Source: an uncultured virus (IMG/VR IMGVR_UViG_3300024518_000036) (lineage: Duplodnaviria > Heunggongvirae > Uroviricota > Caudoviricetes). Taken from it: 64,000 bases of DNA. Shown here piece after piece: positions 9,276 through 18,517 of the stretch. Numbering within the stretch: the stretch's first letter is position 1; every line of letters starts with the position of its first letter. Under the pieces are notes generated by a model. That model did not search any database. It saw nothing but the letters and a program-made list of their open reading frames with translations, and was not told the origin of the DNA. Where the stretch lies: the IMG/VR virus record IMGVR_UViG_3300024518_000036. One strand, written 5' to 3'. The position numbers and the translations under genes are program-made.

Positions 9276-9341
9276 AGTCTACCCCTTCGGTAGCACTTGA
9301 GCGGCCCCTTGGGGGTTCCTTTCTTGTATTTGCCGTGCTAC
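9276..9341 (-). promoter_or_regulatory. GTAGCAC box, inverted box and TAGACT -10
   Basis: Box 9335-9341 (-); inverted box 9290-9299; -10 at 9276-9281. Confidence 0.55.
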
Positions 9342-9351
9342 GGACCCCGCC

Positions 9352-10959
9352 CTACCGAGCGGCTCGCATAGACATACGCACCCGCCGCTCATTCGACCGG
9401 GACAATCGCTGTCCGGTGATGATCCGAATGTCTTGGCAGACCTTCACTACAGTGAACTGGTTCTTTCTAAAGACCTCTGCGGGGTGGAGGACCAGCTTGA
9501 AACGCTCGTTCATGGTCACCTTGCGCTCGGGCTTGTATCCGTGCATGCGGCACCAGTTGACTGCAGAACGGGTCTTCCAGCGGTCTCCGTAGAAGACGAC
9601 ACCGTGTGTGATCTTCGGGCTCGGAAGGGGGGGAAGAGGGTCGCCTTGTCCGAGGTCCAAGACATCCACGGCCTCCGCCTTTGCGTGGTCTCCCCAGCGG
9701 TGGATGAGCGCCTCGACGTTCCCAAGGGGTGTTTCTAGCACGTCTGCAGAGCCGATAGCGGTGCGAATGACACGCCTCTTGCTCCGAACGATGGTGTCAA
9801 TTCGGTCGTCTACGGTGTCCACCGCGTGCAAGTACCAGATGGTCGTGCGGTGGGTCTGGCCAATGCGCCTAATCCGGTCCTCAGCCTGTTCCTCTTCGGC
9901 GCTGGTGTAGAAGCGCTCTACGAAAAGGAGATGGCGAGCAGCTGTCAAGGTGATGCCCTCCTTGGCTGCTTTCGTGCCGAGGAAGACGGGGTATTCGTAA
10001 CGTTGAAACGCGTCGATCATAGCCTGGCGTTTCCTGGCAGATGTACTTCCTTCGAGCACAGCGTGTCGGATCCGCTGCTTCTTCAGCCCCTTCCTCAGCT
10101 TGCGCAGAACGTCCTGGTGCTCCAAGAAGACCACCACAGGCTCTCCAATCCGCACAGCTCGGGAAATCCAGTCCAGGGCCGCTGGGACCTTGGAGGCACC
10201 AGAAAGGCGGCGCAGATACCCTATCTTGGCCAACGCTTCGGCAGAGAGGGCACGCTCCACCTCGAACTCGGCCATGCCTTCACCGAGGAGCTTCTCCTTC
10301 TCTCGTCGAAGCCACTGCTCGAAGTCTTGGTCTGCCTTTTCGTACTCCGACTGGTGCTTCGGCCGGAGGCGCACATGCAAGTAGCTCCTCTTCTTTTCGG
10401 GAATGTCCTTGGCGACGTCCTCCAGAAGCCGTCGGATCATAGGCGGGTTATCACCCAACAAGTTGGTAATTGCGCGAAGCTCTTGCCGGGTGTTGATGAT
10501 GGGAGTGCCCGTGAGAAGCAAGATCTGCTTCGTCGCACGAGTCAGTTGGTACAGAGCCCGAGACCGCAGGGCGTCGGGGTTCTTCGCGTAGTGAGCTTCG
10601 TCTGCTACCACCGTACGCACTTTCACTCGAAGAAGGTCAGTCCAGCGGGCGTCAAGCAGAGCCCAGCTCATGATGTAAACCACACTCCTCGTCTGCGGAC
10701 GCGGGAGCTTGCTGTCCATGTCTTCAACGACGATGACTTTGATGCCCGGGGCCCACCGCCCGAACTCCCTCGCCCAGTTTAGAGTTACCGACGCTGGGCA
10801 GATCACTGCGGCAGGAAGGCTTCTCTTGTACGTCTCTGCCAGAGCACGGATGGCGATGGGGGTCTTGCCACTTCCTGGTGCAGACGCAACCAGGACCCCC
10901 AGCCGATGGCGCTTGATGAAGTCAACATCTTCGCGCTGAAAGGGACGAAGTCGGGGCAT
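9352..10959 (-). CDS. SNF2-family (SF2) helicase with extra C-terminal domain
   Basis: APGSGKT, VICPAS, DEAH, LTGTP, EGITL, EQAEDRIRRIGQ. Confidence 0.92.
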   Translation of the reverse strand: MPRLRPFQREDVDFIKRHRLGVLVASAPGSGKTPIAIRALAETYKRSLPAAVICPASVTLNWAREFGRWAPGIKVIVVEDMDSKLPRPQTRSVVYIMSWALLDARWTDLLRVKVRTVVADEAHYAKNPDALRSRALYQLTRATKQILLLTGTPIINTRQELRAITNLLGDNPPMIRRLLEDVAKDIPEKKRSYLHVRLRPKHQSEYEKADQDFEQWLRREKEKLLGEGMAEFEVERALSAEALAKIGYLRRLSGASKVPAALDWISRAVRIGEPVVVFLEHQDVLRKLRKGLKKQRIRHAVLEGSTSARKRQAMIDAFQRYEYPVFLGTKAAKEGITLTAARHLLFVERFYTSAEEEQAEDRIRRIGQTHRTTIWYLHAVDTVDDRIDTIVRSKRRVIRTAIGSADVLETPLGNVEALIHRWGDHAKAEAVDVLDLGQGDPLPPLPSPKITHGVVFYGDRWKTRSAVNWCRMHGYKPERKVTMNERFKLVLHPAEVFRKNQFTVVKVCQDIRIITGQRLSRSNERRVRMSMRAAR

Positions 10960-10968
10960 GAAGAGAGT

Positions 10969-11205
10969 CTATTCTCCGGAGTCGGTGGAGAACAGGACCA
11001 AGCGCCTCAACCGGAAGAGTAGTTGACGGTCTTGCTCTATGGCATCAACCAGGGCGCGTGCTCTGATTGCTGGGTCCTCCTCTTGATTCATCGCCTGAAC
11101 AAGAAAGGAGCGGGCGAGGGTAGAGATAGGCACCTGCCGCTCTTCAGCAAGTCGAGAGAGCCTGTCATGGACCACCTCGGGAACGCGGAGGGTCAGCATC
11201 GGCAT
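10969..11205 (-). CDS. Ribbon-helix-helix (Arc/CopG-like) regulator
   Basis: MLTLRVPEVVHDRLSRLAEERQVPISTLARSFL; AGGAG RBS. Confidence 0.8.
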   Translation of the reverse strand: MPMLTLRVPEVVHDRLSRLAEERQVPISTLARSFLVQAMNQEEDPAIRARALVDAIEQDRQLLFRLRRLVLFSTDSGE

Positions 11206-11243
11206 GGGTCTCCTACTACAAAAGAGTACGAACGAGTACACCC

Positions 11244-11287
11244 ATAGCACCCCGACCCCGAACAGGGAAGAAAAGCCGTGGTAAGAA
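11244..11287 (+). promoter_or_regulatory. ATAGCACCCCG box plus -10 (TAAGAA)
   Basis: 38-nt spacing, as at other sites. Confidence 0.5.
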
Positions 11288-11318
11288 AGGAGTCTACAAC
11301 CCCCATCAGGAGTTCATC

Positions 11319-11708
11319 ATGGCCCTCGTTCTCACTACACAAGCCAATCCCGGAACAGCTGACTGGGTCGAAGGCGGTACGGTCGATCAGATCACCGATC
11401 CAGGTGATGCTGGTGCGATTCCTGTCACCGAGTCCGGCTCTGTCGCTCTCGACACCGGCCCAGGGGTGGGTGCCCAGACGCGTACCGTGGCCGCCCCAAC
11501 CTTTGCCGGTCAGACCTTGGCTTTCTTCTTCCAGACGGATGTAGGCGACTGCGTCATTACCTTCGGCACTGCGCTCAACGTCACAGGCAACACAATTGCC
11601 ACGTTCGCCAACGTCAGGGAAACCCTCATTGTCATGGGCATCTACAGCACCTCTGTGGGCGCTTTGGTATGGCGGCCTATCCACATCGACGGCCCGGTCC
11701 TTTCCTAG
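11319..11708 (+). CDS. Small beta-rich protein, putative virion decoration/spike
   Basis: Thr/Gly/Val-rich beta pattern; AGGAG RBS. Confidence 0.55.
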   Translation: MALVLTTQANPGTADWVEGGTVDQITDPGDAGAIPVTESGSVALDTGPGVGAQTRTVAAPTFAGQTLAFFFQTDVGDCVITFGTALNVTGNTIATFANVRETLIVMGIYSTSVGALVWRPIHIDGPVLS

Positions 11709-11752
11709 TCCTTTCCCTTCAACACCTCGCCTCATACAACTAAGGAGCCCTC

Positions 11753-12112
11753 ATGGCTACCACCATCAACAATGTCATCCAAATCGTCGTCGACATCAAC
11801 GCCGACTTCTCCGGTGGCTACAACATCACTATTCCCCGAGCTGGCACCATCGTGTCCATTAGCACCGTAGCCACGGTGACCGGAACTGTGGACATCGGCA
11901 CGGTCGCTGATCCCAACGGCATCGCCTCTGCTCTCGCCCTGACGGACAACGCCTTTGTGGCTGCTGCCGCCCTCGGCGCTCTTGGCACCGAAGCTCTGAC
12001 CATCGCGGCCGGTGCAGTCCTCCAGTTCACGACCAACGCGTCCAACGTGCGCGGGATCGTCACCCTTACCCTGGCTGCCCCTGGGGCCGCGTTGCCTGAG
12101 ACCGCAGTCTAG
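11753..12112 (+). CDS. Small beta-sandwich protein, putative virion protein
   Basis: ITIPRAGTIVSIS...LTIAAGAVLQF jelly-roll-like strands; AAGGAG RBS. Confidence 0.55.
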   Translation: MATTINNVIQIVVDINADFSGGYNITIPRAGTIVSISTVATVTGTVDIGTVADPNGIASALALTDNAFVAAAALGALGTEALTIAAGAVLQFTTNASNVRGIVTLTLAAPGAALPETAV

Positions 12113-12130
12113 TAGGCTAGAGTGTAGTAA

Positions 12131-12418
12131 GTGGGTAAAGCTCGCCGGAATCCTATTGGTATGCCTGCTCCTTCGGGGGTTCAGGTCGTCCAGCTAGGGT
12201 CTGGCGAGCGCACCCACATCTACAACCCGAACAAGGGAACCGTGATCTGCAACAGCGGCAAGAACGCAGGGCGTAAAGCTGATGACGGGACAGACCGACG
12301 AGGCGGTGCCCAGGAGATCTACGCCGCCAACGCGAACTTTGTGACGTGCTACCGCTGCCAGAAGCTCGCTGAGATGAACCTGGAGTCTGGCCGCCTGGCG
12401 TGGCAGGGCCGATCCTGA
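12131..12418 (+). CDS. Small Zn-binding protein starting KARRNP
   Basis: H...C...VTCYRC; TAGAGT -10 7 nt before GTG. Confidence 0.65.
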   Translation: MGKARRNPIGMPAPSGVQVVQLGSGERTHIYNPNKGTVICNSGKNAGRKADDGTDRRGGAQEIYAANANFVTCYRCQKLAEMNLESGRLAWQGRS

Positions 12419-12428
12419 GGGGGCCTTC

Positions 12429-15095
12429 GTGGGGCGTAAGATCGAGTGGGAGGAGATGCCGCTGGAGCGGCTCGCCAGGAACACCGGGCCCATTGGCTCG
12501 GTCAGCCGCCCTCCCGGCAGCCACGGGTACACCTACCAAATCGCGAAGAACGACTCCTGGCACCTCTTCTGGTGGCCGTTGGATATGTGGCACATCCGTG
12601 CTCAGCTCGTTCATGCAGGCAGGCCCTATGCGTTCTACGACACCACCCTCACCGTGGGTCCTGGTCACCGGGGGCACCCAGACAAGGAGGCAGCTTTCAA
12701 GTGGGCACGAGAGCTGATCCTCAGCCCCTTGGAACAGCTCTCTGAAGCCTACGAGAACCCAACTCAGCGCAAGACCTTCACACCGAGCTACGGGGCTGAC
12801 AGCCAGCGGACTTATGACGTCAAGGTGGCCCAGTGCGCTCCCTATGTGGGAACCCCCTGGCGACAGCGAGGTGTGGCCAGGGCTTCTGGTTACCCACCCG
12901 AGCCGTGTAAGCGCCTCGAACACGACATGATCGTCGGTGGTCGGAGTGCCAACCGCTACCCCAAAGACGCTCCATACCCTCGGGACAAGAAGAAAGGAGG
13001 CCCGGAGAAGCAGGGGAAGAAGGAAGGGCGTAGAACCAAGAAGCGACTCAGTGGTCCTCACCGGATCTACTCGGCCAGGACGCAGCCAGTGAAGATCAGG
13101 ACCACGGCAGCCATCCAGAAGTCAGGCTACGCCGACCCTTCAGTATCGGCAAGTAGCGCCCGCATCCGGGCTGCCATCGACAAGTACAGGCAGCACTTCG
13201 ACTTCGACTGGGGATCTCGGGGGCTCTCAGTTCCGGATGTGGTGGGTCCGCTGCTGAAAGCCGGAATGCCCTCAAAAGCCGCCCATATCCTCGTGGGTCG
13301 AGCAGCTCGAATGTGGTATCCCGACGTCCCGCCAGCAGAGATGACTCAACTGACGTTGCTGGCACAGATTCAGCACCGGGTGGGCCCACTGGAGGGGTAC
13401 TACGACGTGGACGCTGCTAAACGCCAGATTCGAGTTGAGGGGAAAGAAAGGGAGCTGGGCTACCTCGTCGAGGTCTCCGCAAGCGCAGGCGACAACTGGA
13501 AGGGTCTGCTGGACGACCGGACCATCAATACGAGCCTTCAAGCCTGGGTCGAGAAGAAGAAGGCCGAACGAGCTGATGAGTGGGGTCCAGGGAAGTACGA
13601 AGCGTCCGGGGACGACCCAGTGTTCGTCAGACGGCTGTTCAACGATGACATAACGCGCCAGCTCCTAGCCCTTGCCCGTGAGTGGAAAGTACCAAACCTG
13701 ACGGTAGAGTTGTTTTTCTCCGGGTTAGAAAGGGGGTTTGACATTCCATTTTCGGTGAGAGAGCACTCGAAGTTAAGTGCGAGCAAGGCTCTGCCCTCGG
13801 AGGTGGACTACAGATCATTGCAGAATGTCAGCCTGACCGACCTTCCTGAACTTCTTGCTCGGCTCTCGCGCAGGAAGAAAAGGAAAGGAAGGAAGCTCAA
13901 GCCCCTTTCACCTGCACGGAACAACCCTCGAATGGCCCAACGCAACGACCCCATGCTTCAGTTCGTCGCTTCCGAGGTGGAAGCAGGACGGCTGGTAGAC
14001 GTGCCAGGAAAGCCCGACAGGGTGTACTGGCCCTCGTCCAAGCGCAAGGTCGTGAGTCAGGGCATGATCGACCGAGGGGGCGCTTCTCCGGCTGATCTGG
14101 GGAAGAAGGTCAGGATCTACACAGGCTTGAAGGAAACCACTCGGGACCGAGCATTGTCCTGGATGGCTATCGCAGACGCAGGGAAAGCAGCTCGGGGCGA
14201 GCTGAGAGATGTTGCCCTGGAAACCTATGGCCAAGAGGGGATGTCTCGCCGCCCTCTCCTCTCCGGCCCAACCACTTCATCGGCGGCCATCCCCGCCAGG
14301 GAGAATCCAATGTCCAAGAAGAGCTACTGGGAACGCCAGTACCAGACCGGTCCCTACGGGGCCAACCGTTCCGTCCCGGCTGCGCGCCGTAACAAGAGCC
14401 GGAAGAGCCAGAAGAAGCGCAAGCTGAGTCCTGAGGCCGAAGCGAAGTTCCGGCTCGTCGGCCAGATTGCGCAGAAGTACGCCAAGGAGCAAGGCTGCGA
14501 CATGAGCACTGCCATGAAGCAGGCGTGGGCCGATGTCAAGGGTATGCGGGCAGCCGCGAACCCGTGGTACCCCGGTACGCCGTCGCTGTATCTCCCGGAC
14601 AACCCTGTCATGAACGCCCTCGTCCCGGCTCCGTACGCATGGAGCGACGAGACCGAGGTGTTCTCGGCGCTGGTTCCCGGGCCGTATACGAAGGGCAACC
14701 CGAAGTGGCACGCGCCTCGGTATGAAGAAAGGGCTCGCCAAACTCGGGCGATGTCACAGCCAAGAAGGAAGAAGGCTCAGGCTGCCGTCAGAAGGGGCAA
14801 GGGCCACAAGAAGGCTCACTGGAAGAAGCAGGGTCACCCGGCCTACAGCAAGTTCTCCAGCCGTCCTCGGATGCCCAACTATGAGCAGGTCCTCGGACAG
14901 TTCAGCACTCAGCAGGACTGGGTCACTCAGGGGATGCAGCCCATGAACCGGCGCAATCCGGGCGGTATGACGGGACGTTTCCCCGGCGAGTGCTGTATGT
15001 GCGGTGGTGAGACTCGTGGTACGGAGATCGTCCAGCATCCCACGATGCGGGGCCCTCGTGGCGGCAAGAAGTACGCCCACACCGGTTGCTTGTAG
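12429..15095 (+). CDS. 888-aa basic modular protein with many x-x-N-P motifs and a C-terminal Zn finger
   Basis: YENP, RNNP, RENP, AANP, RRNP; C-terminal CCMCG...HTGC. Confidence 0.8.
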   Translation: MGRKIEWEEMPLERLARNTGPIGSVSRPPGSHGYTYQIAKNDSWHLFWWPLDMWHIRAQLVHAGRPYAFYDTTLTVGPGHRGHPDKEAAFKWARELILSPLEQLSEAYENPTQRKTFTPSYGADSQRTYDVKVAQCAPYVGTPWRQRGVARASGYPPEPCKRLEHDMIVGGRSANRYPKDAPYPRDKKKGGPEKQGKKEGRRTKKRLSGPHRIYSARTQPVKIRTTAAIQKSGYADPSVSASSARIRAAIDKYRQHFDFDWGSRGLSVPDVVGPLLKAGMPSKAAHILVGRAARMWYPDVPPAEMTQLTLLAQIQHRVGPLEGYYDVDAAKRQIRVEGKERELGYLVEVSASAGDNWKGLLDDRTINTSLQAWVEKKKAERADEWGPGKYEASGDDPVFVRRLFNDDITRQLLALAREWKVPNLTVELFFSGLERGFDIPFSVREHSKLSASKALPSEVDYRSLQNVSLTDLPELLARLSRRKKRKGRKLKPLSPARNNPRMAQRNDPMLQFVASEVEAGRLVDVPGKPDRVYWPSSKRKVVSQGMIDRGGASPADLGKKVRIYTGLKETTRDRALSWMAIADAGKAARGELRDVALETYGQEGMSRRPLLSGPTTSSAAIPARENPMSKKSYWERQYQTGPYGANRSVPAARRNKSRKSQKKRKLSPEAEAKFRLVGQIAQKYAKEQGCDMSTAMKQAWADVKGMRAAANPWYPGTPSLYLPDNPVMNALVPAPYAWSDETEVFSALVPGPYTKGNPKWHAPRYEERARQTRAMSQPRRKKAQAAVRRGKGHKKAHWKKQGHPAYSKFSSRPRMPNYEQVLGQFSTQQDWVTQGMQPMNRRNPGGMTGRFPGECCMCGGETRGTEIVQHPTMRGPRGGKKYAHTGCL

Positions 15096-15156
15096 TCGGA
15101 GCTTCTTAGTCCGTGCGCACTGACGAAATCCAGGGGGCAACCAGCCCCTTCGTGAG

Positions 15157-15411
15157 ATGATCTCGGACCTCTGCATAGAGGGAGCCGAGCTTGTCTCCCA
15201 CACGGTCTTCTACCGAGAGGCCCTGGCACTCTTGAAGGAAAGAAGCGACGAGGGCTGCCTCCTGATGGACTTCCTCACAAAAACGATGCACGGAACTGCT
15301 TGGACGCCCAGAGTAGCCCGAACACTCCTCACTCGACTTGAACAACAAGGTCTCGTTTACCATGACGGAGCAACGATGGGGCGCAAGTGGTTCTGGTCCG
15401 GGTGTGGCTGA
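15157..15411 (+). CDS. Small winged-helix-like protein
   Basis: ARTLLTRLEQQGLV...RKWF wing pattern. Confidence 0.45.
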   Translation: MISDLCIEGAELVSHTVFYREALALLKERSDEGCLLMDFLTKTMHGTAWTPRVARTLLTRLEQQGLVYHDGATMGRKWFWSGCG

Positions 15412-15435
15412 CTCCCCTCCTTTTCCCAGTAGCCG

Positions 15436-15705
15436 TCATCTCCTCCAGAACTTCGGCATCATCCGGTTCATCTTGCGGCGGCGCTTTTCACACGGAGTGC
15501 AAGTTTCAATACCCAGCTTCGACGCGGCTGCGTGAACCACATCACCCGCCCCCATCCAGCCTCGCTGAGCACTTTGGTGAGCCTTGTGCTTCGTCGCGAA
15601 GGAATTGAGATGCAACCGGGTCGGGACGCCCGCAGCGGCTCCACAGACATCACAGACGGCGATTCTACGCCCATTCCGTGTTCGGACCCGAATCCACTGC
15701 TTCAC
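15436..15705 (-). CDS. Small Cys-rich viral protein
   Basis: GTG start overlapping the upstream stop; CxxC plus GAGDVV...GIETCTPCEKRRRKMN. Confidence 0.65.
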   Translation of the reverse strand: MKQWIRVRTRNGRRIAVCDVCGAAAGVPTRLHLNSFATKHKAHQSAQRGWMGAGDVVHAAASKLGIETCTPCEKRRRKMNRMMPKFWRR

Positions 15706-16397
15706 TGGCTCTCCTTCTTGCGGACGGAGAGCCAGAACAGGAACCCACCACCGAGGAGAACGGCTGCGAGGGTTCCTGTCAAGGCTACGCTCAGGAGGCG
15801 TCCTTCTGGATCGGCCAGCCACTGGGGAACTCCCTTGGCGAGGATCTTCGACGTTGCGCTCAGGTTGTAGGCAGCCGGGGACTGAGCAAGGTTCAGCACC
15901 GACGCCTCTCCAGTAAGCTGGATGTCCTGGTTTCGTCGTCCTGGGGGGTAGAAGATGGCCGCGTACACGTCGGGCTGGTCCTTGTAGGGGAGATACCCCA
16001 TTCGGCAACCCCCAGAGCCCGTTGCACGTTTGCGGCCCTCGAAGGGCTCTGGGCACCCCTGTCGAATACGCGGGAGCATGAAGTACTTCTCCACGTAGTC
16101 CATTTGATCTACGGCAGACATGGCCTGCAGAGCAGTAGTAGTGGTGCCCAGCTCGGAGGCCACTGAGGGAAGGAACTGGATGAGACCTGTTGCCCCAGAA
16201 GACCTACCCGTTCGAGGATCGTGGTGCACGATGGACGGACTGAACGTGAAGCCCGACTCGTAGTAGATGGCGTTCGCCAGCATCGCGGGGTTCGGGATGC
16301 CAACTCGTTGGGAGACTCGGACGATCTTCTCCGCCAGCTCGCGGGAGATGCCATAGCCATCCTCGATGTCCTTGCCTGTGGCGATGCGACTCAACAT
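15702..16397 (-). CDS. Lytic transglycosylase (SLT-like) with C-terminal TM anchor
   Basis: IYYESG catalytic Glu, GATGLIQF, QMDYVEKYF; C-terminal TM plus RKK. Confidence 0.85.
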   Translation of the reverse strand: MLSRIATGKDIEDGYGISRELAEKIVRVSQRVGIPNPAMLANAIYYESGFTFSPSIVHHDPRTGRSSGATGLIQFLPSVASELGTTTTALQAMSAVDQMDYVEKYFMLPRIRQGCPEPFEGRKRATGSGGCRMGYLPYKDQPDVYAAIFYPPGRRNQDIQLTGEASVLNLAQSPAAYNLSATSKILAKGVPQWLADPEGRLLSVALTGTLAAVLLGGGFLFWLSVRKKESQ

Positions 16398-16408
16398 CGC
16401 CTCCTACG

Positions 16409-17044
16409 CTACCCGAAGTATCCGAAGTTCGGGATGCTCATGCTGTTCACTGGCACGGCCTCCACATCGCCCACCCGTTTGGCCCGCCTGACGCGGCGAA
16501 CCGGATGACGACCCCGCATTGGGTGCCGTCGGCGGGCGTCCCGCTTCGTTTTCACGATGGCCTTGAAGCCTTTTCCCGGCTTGAAGAGAACGACCTTGGG
16601 GCCTTCCACAGTCCAGGTCACTTTGGCTCTGACGGTCAGCACTTCTCCACCCGGTCGGGTGATTGTGATCTCGTAGAGGCGCTTGCGTCCGGGGATTCGC
16701 TGGGTGACCATCGTGGATTGACCCGATTGAAGCTCCTCAATGACGGTCTGCCGTTGAGGCATGCCCGTGACCCAGGGAGCCGGATTCCAGAACGCACCAA
16801 GCGGCTCGTCCACAAGCTGGAGGTTGATGGCCTCTTCTATGCCTTCAAGGGCACGCAGGACCTGCTCCTCGATGGCAGGAAGGTCTTCTTGAACCTGCTC
16901 TGCAGTCTCTTGGAATGTCAAGGTAACTTGATCTGCGGCTCCCGACGCTTGATCTGCCAGTTCCTCTTGCTTCTCCTTTTCGCGAGAGAAGTACCAGAGG
17001 GCAGCCCCGCCAACAGCGAGTCCGAGGAGTAGTTTGGTGTTCAT
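16409..17044 (-). CDS. N-terminally anchored membrane protein with basic tail
   Basis: AAGGAG RBS; MNTKLLLGLAVGGAALWYF. Confidence 0.75.
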   Translation of the reverse strand: MNTKLLLGLAVGGAALWYFSREKEKQEELADQASGAADQVTLTFQETAEQVQEDLPAIEEQVLRALEGIEEAINLQLVDEPLGAFWNPAPWVTGMPQRQTVIEELQSGQSTMVTQRIPGRKRLYEITITRPGGEVLTVRAKVTWTVEGPKVVLFKPGKGFKAIVKTKRDARRRHPMRGRHPVRRVRRAKRVGDVEAVPVNSMSIPNFGYFG

Positions 17045-17055
17045 TTGTGTTCTCC

Positions 17056-17811
17056 TTACCTGCCCGAAAGGTACCAGAGCAACCCGAGGCCCCCCGCAGC
17101 ACCTGCTGCGATCATCCACATAGGCACGCCAGCGTCATCTTCATCGTCATCAAAGTCGTCGGCGGAGGGACTGAACTCCTGCTCAAAGTCGTCGGCGGAG
17201 GGACTGAACTCCTGCTCGGAGCGGCGCTTCCCCTTCCCCTTCCCCTTCTTCTTCTTCTTCTTCATCTTCCTCCCTGCTTCCGCGGCGACGTCGACCAGGC
17301 CCTCGGCGTCGTAGTAGGTGGCAGGATCTTGGTCGTAGTAGTCGGTCGAGAACGTACGCGCCGAGCTGACCATCGTGCTCGTCGTACTCGCCGTACCGGT
17401 ACTCCCGGTCGGCTGGTACTTCTTCCACTTGACGTAGGAACTCTTGCAGTAGTTGGACTTCTTCCCCAGCCGGAAGAACCCCTTCACCTTCTGCGGATAG
17501 TAGTCCTTTTTGTTGGCCTTTCTCTTCCGCCGGCACTTGTCGTATGCGTCTTTGTACTTGTCTGCTTTCTCGGCGTCGCCTGCGTAGACGACTGCATCCA
17601 GACCGGCTTCCCAGGCCTTAGCCGCCTTGGGGGATACCTTCTGCCAGGCCAGGAACTTCTCTCGGCAGGTGCCCAGTTTCTTCGCGTCCTCGTGGGGCCA
17701 AGCCTTTTTGTTCTTTGCAATCTTCGCCGCTCGGCACTTGAAGTAGGCATCCTTCTTCTTCTTGCTCTTGCTCTTGCTGCTCTTGTTGGGGAGGGCGAAC
17801 GTCGTAGCCAT
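17056..17811 (-). CDS. Lys-rich, Cys-repeat, tail-anchored membrane protein
   Basis: Two K-rich Cys-pair repeats, acidic linker, GGLGLLWYLSGR end. Confidence 0.8.
   Translation of the reverse strand: MATTFALPNKSSKSKSKKKKDAYFKCRAAKIAKNKKAWPHEDAKKLGTCREKFLAWQKVSPKAAKAWEAGLDAVVYAGDAEKADKYKDAYDKCRRKRKANKKDYYPQKVKGFFRLGKKSNYCKSSYVKWKKYQPTGSTGTASTTSTMVSSARTFSTDYYDQDPATYYDAEGLVDVAAEAGRKMKKKKKKGKGKGKRRSEQEFSPSADDFEQEFSPSADDFDDDEDDAGVPMWMIAAGAAGGLGLLWYLSGR
17150..17217. repeat. 33-bp tandem duplication (EQEFSPSADDF x2)
   Basis: Read directly. Confidence 0.95.
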
Positions 17812-17859
17812 GATTATCTTCCTCGGGACGCGGAACGCGCGACGCGCGGCTGCCAAGAG

Positions 17860-17914
17860 TACTTACCATGTGGAGGGGGTCGAGAAAGGAGCTGGAGGCC
17901 AGCCCGAGTGCTAC
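17860..17914 (-). promoter_or_regulatory. GTAGCACTCG box, CAGCTCCTTTC and -10 (TAAGTA)
   Basis: Box 17905-17914 overlaps the upstream TAG stop; 49-nt spacing. Confidence 0.5.
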
Positions 17915-18450
17915 GTCCTGCTCTTTCGGTACCAGTAAGTGCCTGCCGCTGCGCCCACACCAACGAGTACGAGCCACGGAACGGCCTGCCGGAACTGGAC
18001 GGCTCGCTTGCTCTTGCGCAGGATGGTGGTCATCCTCACGCGCTCTTCGTCAGGCAGCTGTGAGTCCTCGATTACCTCGATGGCATCGTTGAGAACGGCG
18101 CCCGACCCTCGAACTGGGCACCAGAGTCCCGTCCAGGAGCAGACCATTCCGACGTCGTCCTTCGCGCGTTGGGCCTCTTGCACCAGCGAGTTCAGCTGAG
18201 CAAGGAGGAAGGTGTGACCCGCCGCAGGATTCCCCTCTTCTTCCAGGCGCCTCGCCCGAAGTGCTGCAATAGCGACGAAGTACGATGCTTGCTCGTAAGC
18301 CTCCATCAAGTTCTTCGGGGGCTTCGTCATCCGGTAGTCGAGTTCTTCGTAGACCCCAGGCTCAATGCCGGAGCCAGCTTGGGCCTTGTAGACCATCGTG
18401 TCGTCGGCCCACCAACTCATCACCATTTCACTGGGCTGGAACTGAGGCAT
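17911..18450 (-). CDS. Tail-anchored membrane protein starting MPQFQPS
   Basis: C-terminal TM plus RK; AGGAG upstream. Confidence 0.8.
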   Translation of the reverse strand: MPQFQPSEMVMSWWADDTMVYKAQAGSGIEPGVYEELDYRMTKPPKNLMEAYEQASYFVAIAALRARRLEEEGNPAAGHTFLLAQLNSLVQEAQRAKDDVGMVCSWTGLWCPVRGSGAVLNDAIEVIEDSQLPDEERVRMTTILRKSKRAVQFRQAVPWLVLVGVGAAAGTYWYRKSRT

Positions 18451-18473
18451 GAAGGAAAACTCCTGGCAGTCTC

Positions 18474-18517
18474 ATCCTACCGGGCTGAAACAGCCACGCC
18501 ATAAACCCGAGTGCTAC
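18474..18517 (-). promoter_or_regulatory. GTAGCACTCG box plus -10 (TAGGAT)
   Basis: 38-nt spacing; box overlaps the upstream TAG stop. Confidence 0.6.
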
